Positions 27,029 through 34,748 of a DNA stretch of 64,000 nt are shown piece by piece (the stretch's first letter is position 1; each line of letters opens with the position of its first letter). Both the position numbers and the translations under genes were made by a program. This stretch comes from a virus. The stretch lies in IMG/VR virus record IMGVR_UViG_3300050343_000218; one strand, 5' to 3'. The notes beneath the pieces were generated by a model that was given only the letters and a program-made list of their open reading frames with translations, was not told the origin of the DNA and ran no database searches.

Positions 27029-30000
27029 TTAAATCCTAGTATGTAATAATGTGTGGTCTCCACGCAGATGTTGAGCAATCGTAGTCTCTTTTCTGCCTCT
27101 TTGTATATTTAGAAGCTTTGTTGAACCATCGTTCATAGACTGTTTACCGTCATAATGCGCAATTTCTCTACTATTAGCGTAATTAAATGCCGTGCCACGG
27201 TCCTCACCAACAAAAAGACGCGCAATTGCAGTAGCTGGTACTACACTAGGAGCGGAAAATGTCAAAGATGCACCCGCTTGAGTTGTATCAGACTCGTATG
27301 TCATCAAAATCGTGCGCTCAGTATTGATAGAATACGTTCCAGCGTCCACTGCATCGGTCATTGTTATTTGATTATTGTTAATATCAATCGCTGCAATACT
27401 AATAACGCCGCCACCAGATCCTTTAACTCCTTCAACGCGCAGTCCAGGTGCAACATCCTCAATTTCTGCATTAAAAAGTATTTCGGTAACTGTAACAACA
27501 GTTGTTCCGTCAGCAGTAATATTCATTGCAACTCCAGGAATCAATCTTAAAACCTCATTGTATGACATTGCACCTCCATCTAGACTGATACGAACACCAA
27601 CAAATAGTTTTTCGTAGAAGTCCATTTCAGCAAATCCAACATTTTGGATAAAACGACTATTAGCAGTGATATCTCCAGTACCAGTAATCTCTGGATTAGG
27701 CAGATCGATAGTTACAACTGGTTCTTGAACATAACCCTTTCCAGGATTGATTATATTAATTGATGTAACACGACCTTGAGTAACAATAGCTTCTACAGTT
27801 GGTGCTCTTCCATCTTCCAAATCAGGAGCATTGAATGAAACGTTAGGTGTATTCATATACCCAAGTCCAATATTGATTGGTCTAACTTCTTCTACACCTT
27901 TACCTTCAATATCATAATTGTTCATTTCGATATAACCATACTCAGGAAGATCCGCTGTATCAAAATCTACTACTCTTAACTCACTTTCCTCTGTATTCAT
28001 AAACTCTGACAGCTGTGCCATTAGAGTATTGTTATCAGGATTCCCCTGTGCATCAACAGCTGCTATTAAATTGTCTCTATGTGTGCTCCAATCAGACTCA
28101 ATGGTCAAGTCAGTATTGAACGTCTTAGAGAATGCCCCTCCAAAAGAAGGGTTTCCAACTGTAGTAGTTGTTTCTGATTCTGGTGTTCCTGTATCTCCTG
28201 GTACATTAGGATCAGGTGGCACCGCAGGATTTGTGGTAGTCTGCGTATATGATGGTGTAGTACAAACCCAGATACCTGTTATTGTAATAGGTAAAACTCT
28301 TTCTCCTGTTCTATGGGGATCGTATCTAAAGATAGACCACTTAAGTCGCTCGGATGGTGGCGGAACACTTCTGAATCCGTGAGTATACATCTCTTGAGCT
28401 ATTTCCACATAAGATACAGTGGGAACAACTGTTTTCATATCATTAAACGCAAGATCCATATAATCTTGTGCAGCGATTGCATAATCAAATGCATCACCTA
28501 GTTCGCAAAAGAATGTCTTGGACTCTTTAAACATATCGCCACTGTCATTATAATTCGGTTCCAGCTTCTTATTACCGATATCTTCCTCGTCCTCAACGCA
28601 TTCAACAATCTCTTTATAATTGTTATCGATCTCTGCGCTCTTACTCAGTCCTCTAGTATCAATTTTAAATTTATCTTTATCTAAAGGTACATCACAAATG
28701 ACGAAATCTTTGATAGCTTCAAAGTAACCCTCAAACCCATCTTTCAATCCCTTCTCAACACATCTATTTCTTTTATTTTTAAGTGGAAGACCCTCACCAC
28801 CTATCTCCTCTCCAATTATAATTGTCTTTGTTTGAGTGCCACTTTCTCCCTTCTGAGTCCAGGTCTCGCCAGCAATCTCGATAGTACCTAATGCAGTTTG
28901 AGCAGTGTCTGGATTATCATCCCACTGCAGCTCTAGTTCAATCTCAACACGTCCTTCAGTTGCAATTGCTAGATTTAATCCGCCACTTCCTCTCGCTTCT
29001 CGATTCGGGTCAAATGCAAACTTAGCTGATCCACCGTATACAGTTCTGATGAAGAAACTAGCATTAGCATCATCTCCGTCATTATCTAATAAACGAATAG
29101 CAGTTCCACTCTGATCGAGCATCTTTGGTTCGCCACCAGTAGCTACTGCAGCATAACCTGAATCTAAGTTTGCTTCTGCTAAACCTCTAAACGTAATTGG
29201 TGTAAAGACAGCATTCTCTAGTGTTGCATCAGTACCTAATAGCGCTACAGCTTTAAACACACCACTGTTAACAGAGTTTGCTCTTGTACTCTGCCTACTA
29301 CACATATTCTCTTTTGTGCCCCAAGTATCTGTATGTTGATCAGACACTGCTTTCATAAAAGGTTTTAGCTCACAGTCAATAGGACTATCTTTACCATAAC
29401 TTTTTGTCCATCCATCTAATTGATCGATGTATTCTGTAACGTCCTCACAAACGTCCAGGAGCACGTCGCATTTCGGTGGTAGGTACTTTGTGTACCCAAC
29501 CTTCTTTGGATAGGTATAGAACCCGCTTATGGTACCAATCAGAGGTACTTGCGATGCAACAAACGTTGGTACTCCCAGAAATGATAATCCAATTGATGAT
29601 TGAGCTTCAACATCATTGTATCCTGAGATGCACTCGGCGGTCGCCCCGCTGGAAGACCCTGTTACGTTATGCCCAGGAAATCCACCACTCGCTGTACCTT
29701 CCTCAAACTCAATAATATGCAAAGCATTCGATTCATTATACCTATGCCAATCCTTTACAGTAGCAGTCGCACCATTTGCTCCTGTCACTGTCTCCCCTGG
29801 TTTAAATTCTCCAGCGGGATTGCGAACAGCAACGCGCTCCGTAAAGCTATCGCATATCCATAGCGTATAGTATTGCTCGTCCCCTGTTACATTTATTTTT
29901 ACGGGAGAATACTGCTGACAATTATCCTCAGTCGTCTGTGCTCCTAATGTTGTCAGATTAAAATAATACTCGAAATACTGTTCGTCCGTATTAATACCAA

Positions 30001-30160
30001 GACGTGGAATAGTTTCTTCGGACGAAAAGAATCCTCTACCGAGAAATCCAAACCCTCCGCCAATTGGTGATCCATATGGTGACGTGATTGTTAAACCACC
30101 CTCAGCACCATATGGACTCGATCCATATGTAAATCCAGGTCTACCTGTACCGTACGTCAT
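27029..30160 (-). CDS. Uncharacterised virion structural protein (1043 aa)
   Basis: Contains gp7-like modules (INIGLGYMNTPNV, IINPGKGYVQEPVVTI, terminal IQRGRKETTIAQHLRGD) and a WDDNPDTAQTALGTIEI motif. Abuts the PAAR gene. Confidence 0.8.
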   Translation of the reverse strand: MTYGTGRPGFTYGSSPYGAEGGLTITSPYGSPIGGGFGFLGRGFFSSEETIPRLGINTDEQYFEYYFNLTTLGAQTTEDNCQQYSPVKINVTGDEQYYTLWICDSFTERVAVRNPAGEFKPGETVTGANGATATVKDWHRYNESNALHIIEFEEGTASGGFPGHNVTGSSSGATAECISGYNDVEAQSSIGLSFLGVPTFVASQVPLIGTISGFYTYPKKVGYTKYLPPKCDVLLDVCEDVTEYIDQLDGWTKSYGKDSPIDCELKPFMKAVSDQHTDTWGTKENMCSRQSTRANSVNSGVFKAVALLGTDATLENAVFTPITFRGLAEANLDSGYAAVATGGEPKMLDQSGTAIRLLDNDGDDANASFFIRTVYGGSAKFAFDPNREARGSGGLNLAIATEGRVEIELELQWDDNPDTAQTALGTIEIAGETWTQKGESGTQTKTIIIGEEIGGEGLPLKNKRNRCVEKGLKDGFEGYFEAIKDFVICDVPLDKDKFKIDTRGLSKSAEIDNNYKEIVECVEDEEDIGNKKLEPNYNDSGDMFKESKTFFCELGDAFDYAIAAQDYMDLAFNDMKTVVPTVSYVEIAQEMYTHGFRSVPPPSERLKWSIFRYDPHRTGERVLPITITGIWVCTTPSYTQTTTNPAVPPDPNVPGDTGTPESETTTTVGNPSFGGAFSKTFNTDLTIESDWSTHRDNLIAAVDAQGNPDNNTLMAQLSEFMNTEESELRVVDFDTADLPEYGYIEMNNYDIEGKGVEEVRPINIGLGYMNTPNVSFNAPDLEDGRAPTVEAIVTQGRVTSINIINPGKGYVQEPVVTIDLPNPEITGTGDITANSRFIQNVGFAEMDFYEKLFVGVRISLDGGAMSYNEVLRLIPGVAMNITADGTTVVTVTEILFNAEIEDVAPGLRVEGVKGSGGGVISIAAIDINNNQITMTDAVDAGTYSINTERTILMTYESDTTQAGASLTFSAPSVVPATAIARLFVGEDRGTAFNYANSREIAHYDGKQSMNDGSTKLLNIQRGRKETTIAQHLRGDHTLLHTRI

Positions 30161-30360
30161 AACCCTATTTCTTGCCTCAGTTCAATTGCTTGTACACGCT
30201 TCTCTAAATCCTCTAAGTACTTCCCTAACGGTTCGTGCTCAGTACGCCCTGGACGCTTAAAGAAAAACTTTGACCCTGACATAGCTCCAGGTACTTGCTT
30301 GATCTCTTCTTCAAGTTGCTTGACTCTTGCTTCAAGTTCCTTGATATAATTTCTCATCAT
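30157..30360 (-). CDS. Hypothetical coiled-coil protein (probable start 30360; the ORF track extends it to 30465)
   Basis: MMRNYIKELEARVKQLEEEIK... is preceded by AGG. ATGA-type overlap with the next gene. Confidence 0.7.
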   Translation of the reverse strand: MMRNYIKELEARVKQLEEEIKQVPGAMSGSKFFFKRPGRTEHEPLGKYLEDLEKRVQAIELRQEIGL

Positions 30361-30379
30361 CCTAGGATCATCTGTGATC

Positions 30380-30592
30380 TCAGGTGGCGTTTGGATTGAC
30401 TTTGACGACTCTTGCATTTGGTTTCGTTTTTTTGATGGATAGCAGATTTCTCTCTGCGGTTTCAATTGACCTGAAATGATGTGCTAGCTCAGGGTCGGGA
30501 CTCCAACTAGAATCCTCCTTCCAATATATCATACCCTTCACAAAATTACCAACGTGTGGTGCTGCTATCGTCCAATACTGTTTACGTGCCAT
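30380..30592 (-). CDS. Hypothetical protein (70 aa), first gene of the late baseplate operon
   Basis: MARKQYWTIAAPHVGNFVKGMIYWK... lies downstream of the CTAAATA site. Confidence 0.7.
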   Translation of the reverse strand: MARKQYWTIAAPHVGNFVKGMIYWKEDSSWSPDPELAHHFRSIETAERNLLSIKKTKPNARVVKVNPNAT

Positions 30593-30649
30593 TCCAAAAA
30601 ACCTCTAAGGGCGTTTTTTACTTGGGAAAAATATTTTTTATTCCTTCAA

Positions 30650-30656
30650 TATTTAG
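30650..30656 (-). promoter_or_regulatory. Late promoter CTAAATA
   Basis: Plus strand tatttag in the non-coding gap heading the structural operon. Confidence 0.7.
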
Positions 30657-30700
30657 CTGTCGAATTCGGTTCGTTATAGATTGCCCTACACGAATTCTCT

Positions 30701-30737
30701 ATACAAACCCCCCCTTTAATTAACAGTTAGCGGGGGG
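30701..30737 (-). terminator. Probable terminator ending the early-gene block
   Basis: Minus strand CCCCCC-N17-GGGGGGG followed by TTTGTAT, just after the last small early gene. The loop is long, so this is tentative. Confidence 0.45.
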
Positions 30738-30763
30738 ACAGTTGTTGTTACTTAGTGCTGTAC

Positions 30764-30898
30764 CTATTTGCAATACTTAGCGTCTACCTGGCAGAACTGC
30801 TCCATTCTCGCATCCTGCATTTCAGAGACAGAGGTGATGACGTTGGTGCCGATGACGGTTCCGAATGCCAGGACAGAGAAGAGGAGGATGATTCGCAT
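30764..30898 (-). CDS. Small membrane/exported early protein (44 aa)
   Basis: MRIILLFSVLAFGTVIGTNVITSVSEMQDARMEQFCQVDAKYCK has a hydrophobic N-terminus and its own promoter at 30920-30977. Confidence 0.75.
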   Translation of the reverse strand: MRIILLFSVLAFGTVIGTNVITSVSEMQDARMEQFCQVDAKYCK

Positions 30899-30919
30899 TT
30901 GGTTGCTTTGCTTTCTAGA

Positions 30920-30977
30920 ATTCTACAGGGTCAGGGGTCAGTCCCTGTCGCTGATGTTCCACCTAGTGAATTGGCAC
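30920..30977 (-). promoter_or_regulatory. Early promoter (-10 TAGAAT plus dyad)
   Basis: -10 at 30920-30925. Dyad GTTCCA-N10-TGGCAC at 30956-30977. Confidence 0.75.
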
Positions 30978-31120
30978 TCCTCTACGGGTTGACCGTCTCG
31001 GAAGGCAGCACGGATCAGAGCACGGCGGCGTGATTCTTCCTTCTCTTGATCAAGGCAGCGTTGAGCGATGGAAGCGAGTCGATCGGATGATGCCAAGATG
31101 CCGTTGCCGTAGTTTTTCAT
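30938..31120 (-). CDS. Hypothetical early protein (probable start 31120, 60 aa)
   Basis: MKNYGNGILASSDRLASIAQRCLDQEKEESRRR... has an A/C-rich leader and TAGACT at 31144-31149. The longer ORF-track start overlaps the nuclease gene. Confidence 0.65.
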   Translation of the reverse strand: MKNYGNGILASSDRLASIAQRCLDQEKEESRRRALIRAAFRDGQPVEECQFTRWNISDRD

Positions 31121-31157
31121 TTGGTTGCTTTGCTGTTGTGAATAGTCTACCATATCT

Positions 31158-31691
31158 TCAGACGATGCGGCGTCCGTGGTAACGGATCTCTGATGATGTG
31201 AGCGTGGCACCGATGCGGGGATCTTTGGCGTTGCCGTTGCGCTTGCCTTCGTACTGCTTGGCAACCTTAGGCAGGAGCAGAGACAGCACGGTGTCTGAAT
31301 CCATCACCCAGATCTCAGCAACACGACACCCCTCATACCTGGCATAATAGTGGCGAGCATAGCAACCAATCTTATGGTCGATCAGATATGCCTCTTGATC
31401 CTCCCAACTAGGTTGGACGCTGATGCCGTTATACGTGGCACTGATCGTCTTGCCTATGGTAGACTTGTACTCCACAGGGGTGCCGTCTGCCTCGTAGGCA
31501 TCAGCGCCGCTGTAGCTGTCTGCTACCGTGTGACCTAGTAGGCACGCCATATGGATTTCACGACTGCGAGCATATGACATCGGGTCGCCTGCCTTCAGTT
31601 CGTCCGCTGCTTTGTACAGGGCATCGAATGCCTCTAGGTACTGCTTCTGAGCTTCGGTGAGGGTGACGCCGTTGGTTGTGCTGTAGGTCAT
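31158..31691 (-). CDS. PvuII-like PD-(D/E)xK restriction-type endonuclease
   Basis: GHTVADSYSGADAYEADGTPVEYKST aligns with PvuII [25 protein letters not shown] (D-x9-E-x-K). YARYEGCRVAEIW and KDPRIG...HGRRIV also match the PvuII C-terminus as I recall it. Confidence 0.75.
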   Translation of the reverse strand: MTYSTTNGVTLTEAQKQYLEAFDALYKAADELKAGDPMSYARSREIHMACLLGHTVADSYSGADAYEADGTPVEYKSTIGKTISATYNGISVQPSWEDQEAYLIDHKIGCYARHYYARYEGCRVAEIWVMDSDTVLSLLLPKVAKQYEGKRNGNAKDPRIGATLTSSEIRYHGRRIV

Positions 31692-31719
31692 CGGTTGCTT
31701 TGTTTGGTTGCTTGTGCTT

Positions 31720-31761
31720 ACAATAGTCGATCAGGGGGGAGAGTCATCCCCCTGTGTGACA
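31720..31761 (-). promoter_or_regulatory. Early promoter (-10 TATTGT plus proximal half-site)
   Basis: -10 at 31720-31725 and GTGACA at 31756-31761, the same 36-nt register as the other promoters. Confidence 0.65.
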
Positions 31762-31763
31762 GT

Positions 31764-31985
31764 TCAGAGTTCGGCTAGCATCTCGTCCATCTCATCCGTG
31801 TCCACATCGTCAGACAACCAGCTGATGCCGTCCCCTGTGATATACTCGCCATACTCATCAATCCAACGCTTTGCCCACTTGCGATACCCTAGATTCTGGT
31901 TTGCTTTGGCGTGACGGTAGATCGTCTCATCGTTGCCGATCCACAGAGCGACGTTCCAAGTGGCGTGGTTTGCCCATCCGTTCAT
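31764..31985 (-). CDS. Conserved phage early hypothetical protein (73 aa)
   Basis: NGWANHATWNVALWIGND motif, recurrent in phage early genes. Confidence 0.8.
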   Translation of the reverse strand: MNGWANHATWNVALWIGNDETIYRHAKANQNLGYRKWAKRWIDEYGEYITGDGISWLSDDVDTDEMDEMLAEL

Positions 31986-32013
31986 TTGGTTTCCTCGTTT
32001 GGTTGTTGAGTAA

Positions 32014-32071
32014 AGTCTACAGGGTCAGGGGTAGGAATCTAGTAGCTTTGTGGCAGTTCGCTACGTGTCCC
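32014..32071 (-). promoter_or_regulatory. Early promoter (-10 TAGACT plus dyad)
   Basis: -10 at 32014-32019. GTGGCA-N10-TGTCCC at 32050-32071. Confidence 0.75.
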
Positions 32072-32239
32072 ATATGGACCGCCCATCGCTGGACCGTCTC
32101 CCTCTTCCTTGGGTCGTACCATAGCAGCGGCAGAATGGAGAGAATCCGATGCTGTGATCTGGATCCCCTCCCTGATGCTTTCATTAGTAACGACAGCACC
32201 TGCAGCGAAAGCGGCAGCGTATGAAAGAATTTTAAGCAT
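32039..32239 (-). CDS. Small early protein with a hydrophobic N-terminus (66 aa)
   Basis: MLKILSYAAAFAAGAVVTNES..., preceded by a promoter and A/C-rich leader. Confidence 0.7.
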   Translation of the reverse strand: MLKILSYAAAFAAGAVVTNESIREGIQITASDSLHSAAAMVRPKEEGDGPAMGGPYGTRSELPQSY

Positions 32240-32266
32240 TTGGGTTTGGTTTGTTTGCTTGTGTGT

Positions 32267-32324
32267 ATACTAGACGATCATAGGCAGTCGTCTATAGCTT
32301 TAAAGACACTTCGCACATCGTCCA
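32267..32324 (-). promoter_or_regulatory. Early promoter (-10 TAGTAT plus degenerate dyad)
   Basis: -10 at 32267-32272. AAGACA-N10-CGTCCA at 32303-32324, inside the upstream gene. Confidence 0.55.
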
Positions 32325-32490
32325 TCTCATCCGAGATATCGTCACGATCAAACAAAGCATCCTCAATCAATGCCTCCAATGATGCATCCCTGCTGGCAGT
32401 GTCAAAGATCTCACCAGCACAATCCTGAATTTCGTTCCACATAATTTTGTCGTAATGAAGGGCAATTGAACAGGGGTCGGAATAGGTCAC
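32278..32490 (-). CDS. Acidic hypothetical early protein (70 aa)
   Basis: ORF with a 4-nt overlap to the upstream gene, co-oriented with its neighbours. Confidence 0.7.
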   Translation of the reverse strand: MTYSDPCSIALHYDKIMWNEIQDCAGEIFDTASRDASLEALIEDALFDRDDISDEMDDVRSVFKAIDDCL

Positions 32491-32684
32491 AGAATGCCTA
32501 GGGCAACTGCTTCCATTACGTCGCCATACTCTCCGACGATTTCACCGAAGGAATCACGGATGTATGCATACTTACCAGATTCATCGTGCATAGCGTAGCA
32601 GATGTCCATAGCACGGTCGATGTCCGTGGTGAACTCGGTCTCCCCTAGTGCAGGGCAGTTGATTTCGTAGGTTTCGTTTGTCAT
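32487..32684 (-). CDS. Hypothetical early protein (probable start 32684, apparently leaderless)
   Basis: MTNETYEINCPALGETEFTTDIDRAMDICY... The ATG is 6 nt downstream of the -10 box CATACT. Confidence 0.75.
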   Translation of the reverse strand: MTNETYEINCPALGETEFTTDIDRAMDICYAMHDESGKYAYIRDSFGEIVGEYGDVMEAVALGIL

Positions 32685-32690
32685 ACAGAC

Positions 32691-32748
32691 AGTATGGCAG
32701 ATTTTGGGGCGTTTAGGGGAAAAGGGTTGACACTTCTTCAACTGTCAC
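32691..32748 (-). promoter_or_regulatory. Early promoter (-10 CATACT plus dyad)
   Basis: -10 at 32691-32696. TTGACA-N10-TGTCAC at 32727-32748. Confidence 0.75.
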
Positions 32749-32952
32749 AGCGGCGCTGAATTCGGCGTTGTAACGTGAGACAATGTAAGATAGATCTTTT
32801 GAGTCTAGATCTTTGTACATAGTGTGGAGGGTGTCGATGTAAGGTTCGCCTGGTACTTCTTTCATTCGATGTACAACAAGCTCCTTAATCAGACTGTCTC
32901 TAGTGATAGTCATTAGAGTGAATGTGTGATGGGGATATTTAGTCCCCATCAT
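32713..32952 (-). CDS. Hypothetical early protein (79 aa)
   Basis: ORF tiles between its neighbours. The true start may be the internal MTITRD. Confidence 0.65.
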   Translation of the reverse strand: MMGTKYPHHTFTLMTITRDSLIKELVVHRMKEVPGEPYIDTLHTMYKDLDSKDLSYIVSRYNAEFSAAVTVEEVSTLFP

Positions 32953-32959
32953 AATGTGA

Positions 32960-33280
32960 TCAAGCGAAGAGATAACCAGACTCGAAAGGTTTCACTTCGT
33001 TGTTGTCACGAATGAACCACTGAAAGTCTTTCTGAAAGACACCATCAGTGAGTGCATCACAGAACTCATTGATGATAACATTCAAACGAGACTTGGTGGT
33101 GTTAGACTGCCAACCGCCATCAAAGATGCGAACATTGTTATCAGTCACGGTTGCAATGTGATTGCCGTGAAGATAAACTAGTGAAGCATTGTTGTCGTTA
33201 GTGAAAACCTCGGTGTTAGCAGACTTCCAGCACTTGTTTGCTTGGATGGCGGCGAGCATTTGGGATTCGATCTTACGCAT
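32960..33280 (-). CDS. Conserved cyanophage early protein (106 aa)
   Basis: MRKIESQM..AI...W.SANTEV...VYLHGNHIA...FDGGWQSNTTKSRLN pattern. Confidence 0.85.
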   Translation of the reverse strand: MRKIESQMLAAIQANKCWKSANTEVFTNDNNASLVYLHGNHIATVTDNNVRIFDGGWQSNTTKSRLNVIINEFCDALTDGVFQKDFQWFIRDNNEVKPFESGYLFA

Positions 33281-33309
33281 TTGGTGTCGGAGTTGTTTGA
33301 CTTGAGATT

Positions 33310-33368
33310 AGTATGGCACCGATCAGGGTGCTTTGCAAGCGATAGTGGACACTAGGTCAACTGTCCAC
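33310..33368 (-). promoter_or_regulatory. Early promoter (-35 TTGCAA, 17 nt, -10 CATACT, perfect dyad)
   Basis: GTGGACA-N10-TGTCCAC at 33345-33368. Confidence 0.85.
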
Positions 33369-33389
33369 GGGCGGCTGAATCAGTTTGTG

Positions 33390-33680
33390 TTACTTAGTCT
33401 CCACTAATTCCTGCTGATATGACATAAATTGCTCCTCTGTTGCTTCATCCACTGCCTCTTGAATCACTTGATAGATGTAATCAACGTTGCCTACATCATC
33501 AAAGATACGTGCAATCAGTGCAGGATTTTCTACCTGTTGATCATAATCAACCTCACCATCTTCATCCTTTACGTGTATATCTTCCTTGGTATAAATCCAC
33601 GCTGCACATTCTGCATCCTCTCCCTGTTCTTTGATCATCGATGATACTCGGTCTTGAAGTTGCTTGAGAGTGTAGTTCAA
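33390..33680 (-). CDS. Acidic hypothetical early protein (96 aa, TTG start)
   Basis: YTLKQLQDRVSSMIKEQGEDAECAAWIYTKED..., behind its own promoter. Confidence 0.75.
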   Translation of the reverse strand: MNYTLKQLQDRVSSMIKEQGEDAECAAWIYTKEDIHVKDEDGEVDYDQQVENPALIARIFDDVGNVDYIYQVIQEAVDEATEEQFMSYQQELVETK

Positions 33681-33707
33681 AATGATACGAATTCATTTGA
33701 TGTATAC

Positions 33708-33766
33708 ACTATGGCATAAAAAAAGGGGTCTTGCAACCCCTAGTGGACAGCTTAGAAACTGTCACA
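33708..33766 (-). promoter_or_regulatory. Early promoter (-35 TTGCAA, 17 nt, -10 CATAGT, dyad)
   Basis: GTGGACA-N10-TGTCACA at 33743-33766. Confidence 0.85.
33715..33741 (-). terminator. Intrinsic terminator overlapping the -35 box of the next promoter
   Basis: Minus strand AGGGG-TTGCAAGA-CCCCT followed by a T run. Confidence 0.7.
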
Positions 33767-33816
33767 TCAAATAGTTTTCCACAGGTTTCTGATGTAATGT
33801 GGAGCACTGTGACGGT

Positions 33817-34215
33817 CTAGTCACCGACCACAACAGCATCAGGTGGCATTGTGCTACCTGTGAAACCGTCCCAACCCTTCTCAGTCATATCATCAGTGAG
33901 CTCTAGAATGTAATCTAGTTTTAGATTAGTCATACTAACTCTTTGATTAATAAACTTACCAATTGATACATCTTCTCTTTGGATTGTATCTTCTTCTGTT
34001 TCTAAAATGTTATCTTCTTCATCTCTATCTTGTTCAGCTTCTAGTTTACCACAGAGTTGCATAAAAGCTGACTGAAATTCATCTAAGTCTTCACATTTAT
34101 ATCCATATTGCTTACTAGTATTGCTTTTGTATACTAGTTTAACAACAGAACTATCGTAGTCTAGTTCCATATATTCAATAGCTGAACTAGGTAGTTCTTC
34201 GTACTTAGTAGTCAT
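33817..34215 (-). CDS. KTSC-like domain protein with an acidic C-terminus (132 aa)
   Basis: SSAIEYMELDYDSSVVKLVYKSNTSKQYGY resembles the KTSC pattern SSxIxxxxYDxxxxxLxVxFxxxxxYxY. Confidence 0.6.
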   Translation of the reverse strand: MTTKYEELPSSAIEYMELDYDSSVVKLVYKSNTSKQYGYKCEDLDEFQSAFMQLCGKLEAEQDRDEEDNILETEEDTIQREDVSIGKFINQRVSMTNLKLDYILELTDDMTEKGWDGFTGSTMPPDAVVVGD

Positions 34216-34289
34216 AGTAGTCTTAGTTATAGTAGTATTATACCATACTATAGGTATAGTATACGTGTAGTGTGGTTAAAGTTTAAAAA

Positions 34290-34384
34290 GTAAGATTTTA
34301 ACTTTTTGAACTTTCTTAATTTCTTATCTTTTTGAGTTTTTTGACTTTTTGGGATTTTGAACTTTCTGAGTTTCTTGACTTTCG
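34290..34384. repeat. Strand-asymmetric imperfect ~9-nt tandem repeat tract
   Basis: Minus strand ...AAAGTCAAG AAACTCAGA AAGTTCAAA ATCCCAAAA AGTCAAAAA ACTCAAAAA GATAAGAAA TTAAGAAAG TTCAAAAAG..., in a non-coding gap. Confidence 0.7.
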
Positions 34385-34486
34385 GTAGATTGCGTGCTAA
34401 GACCCCAACAGTCCCGCAGCTAACCGTAGATAACTCATAGTATACGAAGAATAGAACACACTAGGTATGTTTATTTAACCATTTAG

Positions 34487-34519
34487 TTTTCCACAGGTTT
34501 TTCCACAACCTTTTCCACA
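34487..34519 (+). promoter_or_regulatory. Three tandem DnaA-box-like 9-mers TTTTCCACA
   Basis: Exact copies start at 34487, 34499 and 34511 (12-nt period). A fourth is at 33775. Confidence 0.7.
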
Positions 34520-34556
34520 GGCACTGTATAGTAACTGTGGAGACACTAGGTGGTGA

Positions 34557-34748
34557 CTAGGGAGCTGCTGTGCGGAGCACTACAGTATATTGTTCTAATG
34601 ATTGGTTAATGTTAGAGTATTTGGTTTGTATGTAAGGTGAGACGAATAGTTGTTTGAATGTAGTAGTTTTAATGATACGTATGTCATTAGTGGATAGTTT
34701 ACCCCATCTACAGTAAGCGAAGAGTAGTGTATAAGCTGTTAGTATCAT
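34557..34748 (-). CDS. Hypothetical protein (63 aa)
   Basis: ATGA overlap with the upstream ORF. No recognisable motif. Confidence 0.45.
   Translation of the reverse strand: MILTAYTLLFAYCRWGKLSTNDIRIIKTTTFKQLFVSPYIQTKYSNINQSLEQYTVVLRTAAP

Noticed and set aside
32487-32741. Longer ORF-track starts (32741, 31264, 30465, 35799, 46462)
   Set aside because: They run through promoters or upstream genes. Internal ATGs with proper leaders or stop/start overlaps are more plausible.
33345-33368. Early dyad as an NtcA, CRP or LexA site
   Set aside because: It does not match GTA-N8-TAC, TGTGA-N6-TCACA or the cyanobacterial LexA box in sequence or spacing.
34290-34440. Lys-rich peptide KVKKLRKFKIPKSQKTQKDKKLRKFKKLNLTF in the repeat tract
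   Set aside because: There is no in-frame ATG after the upstream stop, so it was treated as non-coding.
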